Source: an uncultured Chloroflexia bacterium (GTDB taxonomy: Bacteria; Chloroflexota; Limnocylindria; Limnocylindrales; CSP1-4). From it: a stretch of 64,000 bases of DNA. The notes under the pieces were generated by a model that saw nothing but the letters and a program-made list of their open reading frames with translations, searched no databases and was not told the DNA's origin. The position numbers and the translations under genes were made by a program. Shown here piece by piece: positions 59,315 to 64,000 of the stretch. The stretch is from positions 136,140 through 200,139 of the forward strand of contig CAVSKR010000002.1 in the NCBI GenBank assembly GCA_963728635.1, in the 5' to 3' direction. Numbering within the stretch: position 1 is the first letter of the stretch; the number at the start of each line of letters is the position of its first letter.

Positions 59315-59749
59315 ATGCGTCTCCTCCATGAAGCGGCAATGGCCGCGACCCTCGCCATCGTGCTTGTCGCGTGTGGTCCTGCGGCCTCCCCCTCGAACGC
59401 CCCGGCGCCCAGCGCGCCCGTCGACCCGGGGCCGGCGATCGACACCGACGCCTTGTTGGCGTCTGCCGCCGCCAAGGACGGGCAGCCGGTCCACGTCACT
59501 GGGTTCGTGCTCATCACCGACCGGGCGCGCCTGTGTTCGGTCGTGCTCGAGTCCTATCCACCCCAATGTGGCGGCGCCGCCGTGAACCTCACGGGCGAGT
59601 TCCCGGTGGATGTCCTCGCGGCGCTCGACACGACCAGCGAGCCAGGTCTGGCCCCTGCGACCTGGGGGTGGGTCGAGGTGACCGGCACGTTCACGCTCGC
59701 TGGAGGACCGGCGATCCAGATCAGCGAGATCCGCGTCGACGCGCCGTGA
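59315..59749 (+). CDS. Lipoprotein, hypothetical
   Basis: Signal peptide with lipobox LVAC. Confidence 0.45.
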   Translation: MRLLHEAAMAATLAIVLVACGPAASPSNAPAPSAPVDPGPAIDTDALLASAAAKDGQPVHVTGFVLITDRARLCSVVLESYPPQCGGAAVNLTGEFPVDVLAALDTTSEPGLAPATWGWVEVTGTFTLAGGPAIQISEIRVDAP

Positions 59750-60473
59750 TGTTCAGCCGGACGTAGTCGATGACCGGCTCGCCGACCGCGTCGGCGACGG
59801 CGCGGACGAACGCATCGTGCTCGCTCGCCGGCAATCGCTCGAGGTGCGCCCCGAGGACGACCGCCCGAAGGTAGGTCTCGAACGGCTCACCGGGCTCGAA
59901 CCTCGTGGGCTCGTCCGTGAGCCAGCACTCGACGTCGACGTAGCCGGCGGACTCGAGCCGGCGCGCGGTCGCCAGCGGCGCCTCGTAATGAGCCGGCCCG
60001 AGCCAGCCGTCACCGACACGCGCCAGCGCCCGCTTGATCCGCCCGATGTTGCCGGCGCCACCACACTGAGCGACCAGCCAGCCGCCGGGCCGGGTCACGG
60101 CAGCGAGGTTCGCGAACAGCGCGTCGTGGTCGACGACCCAGTGGAACGTCGCCGTCGAAAGGACGGCGTCGACCTCCTCATCCACTGGCAGCGGTCGGCC
60201 GAGGTCGGCGACGACGTACCCGATGCGATCTCCGAAGCGCCCGAGCCGCTCGCGAGCGGCGTCGATCATGGCCGGCGATCCGTCGAGGGCGATGACCCGC
60301 CCCTCCGGGAGGCGCTCGGCCAGCTGCTCCGTGACCCGCCCGGTCCCGCACCCGGCATCCATGACGCGCTCATCACCTGCGAGCGGGAGCCGATCGAGCG
60401 TCCCCTTGCCCCATCGCGTCATCGGGTGGGCGACGCGGTCATATGTCTGAGCGTCCCAGTCCCGCGCCATCAC
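59721..60473 (-). CDS. Class I SAM-dependent methyltransferase (trans-aconitate methyltransferase-like)
   Basis: Motif VMDAGCGTG. Confidence 0.75.
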   Translation of the reverse strand: MMARDWDAQTYDRVAHPMTRWGKGTLDRLPLAGDERVMDAGCGTGRVTEQLAERLPEGRVIALDGSPAMIDAARERLGRFGDRIGYVVADLGRPLPVDEEVDAVLSTATFHWVVDHDALFANLAAVTRPGGWLVAQCGGAGNIGRIKRALARVGDGWLGPAHYEAPLATARRLESAGYVDVECWLTDEPTRFEPGEPFETYLRAVVLGAHLERLPASEHDAFVRAVADAVGEPVIDYVRLNITARRRGSR

Positions 60474-60483
60474 GCGATCGCCA

Positions 60484-62031
60484 TCAGTCGATCGGCCTGT
60501 CCGGGCGCAGCCCGAACCACGCGATCGCTCCGCCGATCGCGACGAGGATGGCCGCCAGCCCCATCGCCAGGTGGAACGCCTCGACCGAGGCGCGGGCCGC
60601 GGCGACGATCTGGTCCGGCGAGGCCCCGGGCCGGGGCGGGTTGAGCGGCGGAAAGGCGGCGCGGACGGCCGCCGAGGTCGTGTCGATGTCGGGCGCGAGC
60701 ACGGCCAGGTTCGCGTAGAAGGTGGTGCTCAACGCGAGGAAGATGACCGCGCCGAGGAGCGGCTGTCCGACCCGCGCGATCGCGTTGTTGATGGCCGAGC
60801 CGAGTCCCGAGACGCGCGCCGGGATGGAACCCATCAGCGTGTTCGTGAGCGGGGCGACGACGCAGGCGATGCCGACCCCGAACAGCACGACGGCCGGCAG
60901 GACGTCGGTGAAGACGGCGACCGGCGGGATGAGGGAGGCGGGCTGTTCCACGCTCGCTCGCCAGGGCGTCGAAGTCGCCGGGAGTCGCGTGAACCAGAGG
61001 AGGCCCAGGGCCATGGATACGGGTCCGAGGGTCAGGAAGCGTCGCGCGCCGAGGCGTCCGGCGACCGCGCCGATCCGCGTCGAGAGCGTGATGAGCGAGA
61101 TGCCCATCGGCAGGACGGCGGCGCCCGCGGCGAGTGCCGTGTATCCGAGGGCCCCTTGGAGCACGATGCTCAGGTAGCTCAGCATCACGTACAGGCCGCC
61201 GTAGACGAAGAACGTCGCGACATTGATCGTCGTGAAGGTCCGCGACCGGAACAGCCCGAGAGGAACCAGGGGGTCGGGGCGGATCGCCATCAGCACGGGG
61301 AATGCCACGAGGGCGATGGCACCGATGGCCAGCGAGATCCACGCGACGGGGTCCTGCCACTCGTTCTGACCGCCACGGATCACGCCGAACGACAGGCCGC
61401 CGACCGCGAGCGCAGCGACGATCGAGCCCAGCCAATCGAACCGGCGCCGTGCATCGACGTCGCGCGACTCGGCCACGTGCCGCAACGTGATCACCAGCGC
61501 GACGGCGAGGATCGGGACGTTCACGAGGAAGGCGATCCGCCAGCCGATCGTGTCGACCAGCAACCCGCCGGCCATCGGTCCCACGAGCGCCAGCGCGGAC
61601 GTCGCCGATGTCCACAGCCCGAACGCGCGACCGCGCTCGGCCTCGGAGAAGGTCTGGGTGATGATCGACAAAGCGCCCGGGACCATGAGGGCGCCGGCCG
61701 CCCCCTGCAGGAGTCGAGAGACGACCAGGACCTCGAGGCTGGGAGCGAGGCCACACAGCCCTGAGGTGATGGCGAACCCGGCGAGTCCGATGGCGTAGAT
61801 CCTGCGCCGGCCGTACCGATCCGACAGGGCGCCGGCGAGGATGAGCAGGGCGGCCAGGACCGCCAGGTAGCCACTGATGACGTAGGTCTGGCCCTCGAGG
61901 ACGCCGACGATCGTGGCCGGTAGCTCGCGCCCGATCCGGGGCAGGGCGGAGTTGACGATGGTGCCGTCGAGGAACACGGCGCCCGAGCCGATGACCGTCG
62001 CGATGAGGGTCCATCGTTGGCGCGGCGTCAT
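60484..62031 (-). CDS. MFS transporter, 14-TM drug:H+ antiporter (DHA2/EmrB-like)
   Basis: 515 aa, with GxLaDryGrr-like motif GALSDRYGRRR. Confidence 0.8.
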   Translation of the reverse strand: MTPRQRWTLIATVIGSGAVFLDGTIVNSALPRIGRELPATIVGVLEGQTYVISGYLAVLAALLILAGALSDRYGRRRIYAIGLAGFAITSGLCGLAPSLEVLVVSRLLQGAAGALMVPGALSIITQTFSEAERGRAFGLWTSATSALALVGPMAGGLLVDTIGWRIAFLVNVPILAVALVITLRHVAESRDVDARRRFDWLGSIVAALAVGGLSFGVIRGGQNEWQDPVAWISLAIGAIALVAFPVLMAIRPDPLVPLGLFRSRTFTTINVATFFVYGGLYVMLSYLSIVLQGALGYTALAAGAAVLPMGISLITLSTRIGAVAGRLGARRFLTLGPVSMALGLLWFTRLPATSTPWRASVEQPASLIPPVAVFTDVLPAVVLFGVGIACVVAPLTNTLMGSIPARVSGLGSAINNAIARVGQPLLGAVIFLALSTTFYANLAVLAPDIDTTSAAVRAAFPPLNPPRPGASPDQIVAAARASVEAFHLAMGLAAILVAIGGAIAWFGLRPDRPID

Positions 62032-62063
62032 CGCGGCAGTGTCGCAGATAGACTCTCGGCGCT

Positions 62064-62771
62064 ATGCCCGGACCAGTGGCACTCGTCGGCGCCGGCGAGT
62101 TCCTCCCATCGATGTCGTCGTTCGATGCGAGCCTGCTCGCCGCGACCGGTGTCGCGCGCCCCCGGGTCGTGATCCTGCCGACGGCCTCATACCCGGACGG
62201 TGAGGCCGTCTTCCGGCGCTGGGCCGACATGGGCGTCGCGCATTTCGCGGGTCTCGGCGCGGAGGTCGAGCCGGTCATGGTGCGCGACCGCGCGGATGCC
62301 GATGACCCGGCTGCGGTCCAGGCAGTCGGCGAGGCGGACCTCGTCTACCTGTCCGGCGGGAAGCCGTCCTACCTGCTGAAGGCGTTGGCCGGGAGCGCGG
62401 TCGGTCAGGCGTTGGCCGATGCCCATGCGCGGGGCGCTGCGCTGGCCGGCTGCTCGGCCGGGGCGATGGCGCTGGCCGGCCACTCATTCGATTTCCGCGT
62501 GCGCCTGATGCCGTTCCCGTTGAAATGGGGGAGGGGCCTCGCGTTTGCATCGGGCGTTTCGGTGGTCCCGCATTACGACGCCTGGCCAGAGCCGTTCTCG
62601 GCGTTGATCGCGTTCCAGGCGCCGCGCGGCTCGGTCGTCCTTGGGATCGACGAAGACACGGCCGTGGTCGGTCACGAGGGCGGCTGGCAGGTCCACGGGG
62701 CATCACGGGTCACGGTGTGGCGGGGCCGCCACAGGGAGCGATTCCGCGCGGGCGAGGTGTTCCGGGTCTAG
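62064..62771 (+). CDS. Peptidase S51 family (cyanophycinase / peptidase E-like)
   Basis: Nucleophile motif GCSAG. Confidence 0.65.
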   Translation: MPGPVALVGAGEFLPSMSSFDASLLAATGVARPRVVILPTASYPDGEAVFRRWADMGVAHFAGLGAEVEPVMVRDRADADDPAAVQAVGEADLVYLSGGKPSYLLKALAGSAVGQALADAHARGAALAGCSAGAMALAGHSFDFRVRLMPFPLKWGRGLAFASGVSVVPHYDAWPEPFSALIAFQAPRGSVVLGIDEDTAVVGHEGGWQVHGASRVTVWRGRHRERFRAGEVFRV

Positions 62772-62788
62772 GCGGGTGCCAGGAGCCC

Positions 62789-63127
62789 TCAGTCGGGCCG
62801 GACGGTCCTGAAGCAGTCGGAGCAGTACACCGGGCGGTCCATCCGTGGCCGGAACGGGACCTGGGCCTGGTTGCCGCACGAGGAGCAGACCACGGCGAAA
62901 TACTCGCGATCGGGGCGCTCGACGCTGCGCTCATATCCGCGCGGACCGCCGATCTCGCGGACGTCGTAGCCACCCTCCCGGGCCGCCCGGCGACTGGCGC
63001 GGCAGCTCGTGCAACGCTTCGGATCGGAGGCGAACCCCTTCTGGGAGTAGTACTCCTGATCGGCGGCCGAATGGATGAAGTCGACACCGCAGTCGACGCA
63101 GGTGAGGGTCCGATCAGCGTATGTCAC
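62789..63127 (-). CDS. CxxC zinc-ribbon protein (four CxxC pairs), no TM
   Basis: GTG at 63127 after GGAGGAG. Confidence 0.4.
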   Translation of the reverse strand: MTYADRTLTCVDCGVDFIHSAADQEYYSQKGFASDPKRCTSCRASRRAAREGGYDVREIGGPRGYERSVERPDREYFAVVCSSCGNQAQVPFRPRMDRPVYCSDCFRTVRPD

Positions 63128-63497
63128 GTTGCTCCTCCGGGACGCGATGGTCGGCTGGGCGCGCCTGCGGAGGGCGACCGCATCGGCAGTCGGGAAAGCG
63201 AGGTCTGGCGAGAGGAGCCGGGCCCCGGCGACCCAGGTGCCGATGTGGGAATCCCTGTCTGCGGGCGCACCGGTTCGTTCGTGCGGCGCAGGATACAACG
63301 GCTCCGAGAAACGGACATACCAACGCCGTGAAGGCGCCTGGCGGCCGTGACAACGTACCTGTCACAATGGCGCGCGAGGATCCGGGCTGGCGAGCGGGGA
63401 GTCATGGGGGCGCCTCGCTCGCGCCATACCACCCAAGGGGGCAACGCCGGATCGAGATCGCCCGACCCGTCAGCACTGAGAGGCCAGACCCGAGCGG

Positions 63498-64000
63498 ATG
63501 CTACGGATCATCCACACCGCGGACGTCCACCTTGGCGCGCGCCACGACGACCTCGGTGAGCAGGCCAGCGCTCAGCGCGAGCGCCAATTCGCTGCCTTCG
63601 CAGCCACCGTCGACCTGGCGCTGGCCGAGAAGGTCGACCTCGTCCTGATCGCCGGCGACCTGTTCGACAGCAACGTCCAGCCGCGGCGGTCGGTCGAACG
63701 TGTCGCCGCGCAGCTCAAGCGACTGGGAGCCGGCAGGATCCGCACCGTGATCGTGCCCGGGACCCACGATGCCTACGACCGCTCGTCGATCTACCGTGCC
63801 TACGACCTGAAAGCCATGTCGGACAGCACCCCCGACGACGACTGGGTGACGATCCTCACGCCCGAGTTGCCGCGGATCCACCTGCCCGCATGCAACGTCG
63901 TCGTCCATGGCCCTGTCTTCCCGACCAAGCGCGCTCCGCACAGCCCGCTGCGCGACCTCGACGTTGCCGCGCACAAGGGCACCGCGACGTGGCAGGTCGG
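63498..64000 (+). CDS. sbcD: SbcD/Mre11-like metallophosphoesterase DNA repair exonuclease, 5' portion; continues beyond the window
   Basis: N-terminus MLRIIHTADVHLG and GDLFD motif. Open to the window end. Confidence 0.6.
   Translation, partial: MLRIIHTADVHLGARHDDLGEQASAQRERQFAAFAATVDLALAEKVDLVLIAGDLFDSNVQPRRSVERVAAQLKRLGAGRIRTVIVPGTHDAYDRSSIYRAYDLKAMSDSTPDDDWVTILTPELPRIHLPACNVVVHGPVFPTKRAPHSPLRDLDVAAHKGTATWQV

Overview
This is a GC-rich (~70%) chromosomal window from an actinobacterium; it contains the Actinobacteria-specific MtrA-MtrB-LpqB module and Shine-Dalgarno sites of the GGAGG type. About 65 genes are called. The window holds a xylose locus (xylF' , xylH, xylG on the + strand, convergent with xylB and xylA on the - strand); a cystathionine-family PLP enzyme; a ResB-like protein; a PucR-family regulator followed by two tandem glutamine synthetases; tRNA-Pro(CGG) followed by a low-GC islet; a LacI-controlled catabolic cluster for an unknown sugar or polyol (GMC oxidoreductase, SDR, ABC transporter, DHQS-like dehydrogenase, F420-type LLM oxidoreductase, FAD-linked oxidase); and a secreted BNR/Asp-box protein. 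The centrepiece is a selenium region of about 12 kb. It carries a selenocysteine-containing formate dehydrogenase whose catalytic Mo subunit has an in-frame UGA followed by a SECIS hairpin. The ancestral alpha subunit is split into two genes in permuted order, with a membrane protein and a class III nucleotide cyclase inserted between them. The FdsGB fusion, FdhD, selD, tRNA-Sec, selA, selB and mobA are all present. Many long ORFs in the six-frame track are GC-driven artefacts on the strand opposite real genes. Coordinates of a few minus-strand start codons are approximate (+/-2 nt).
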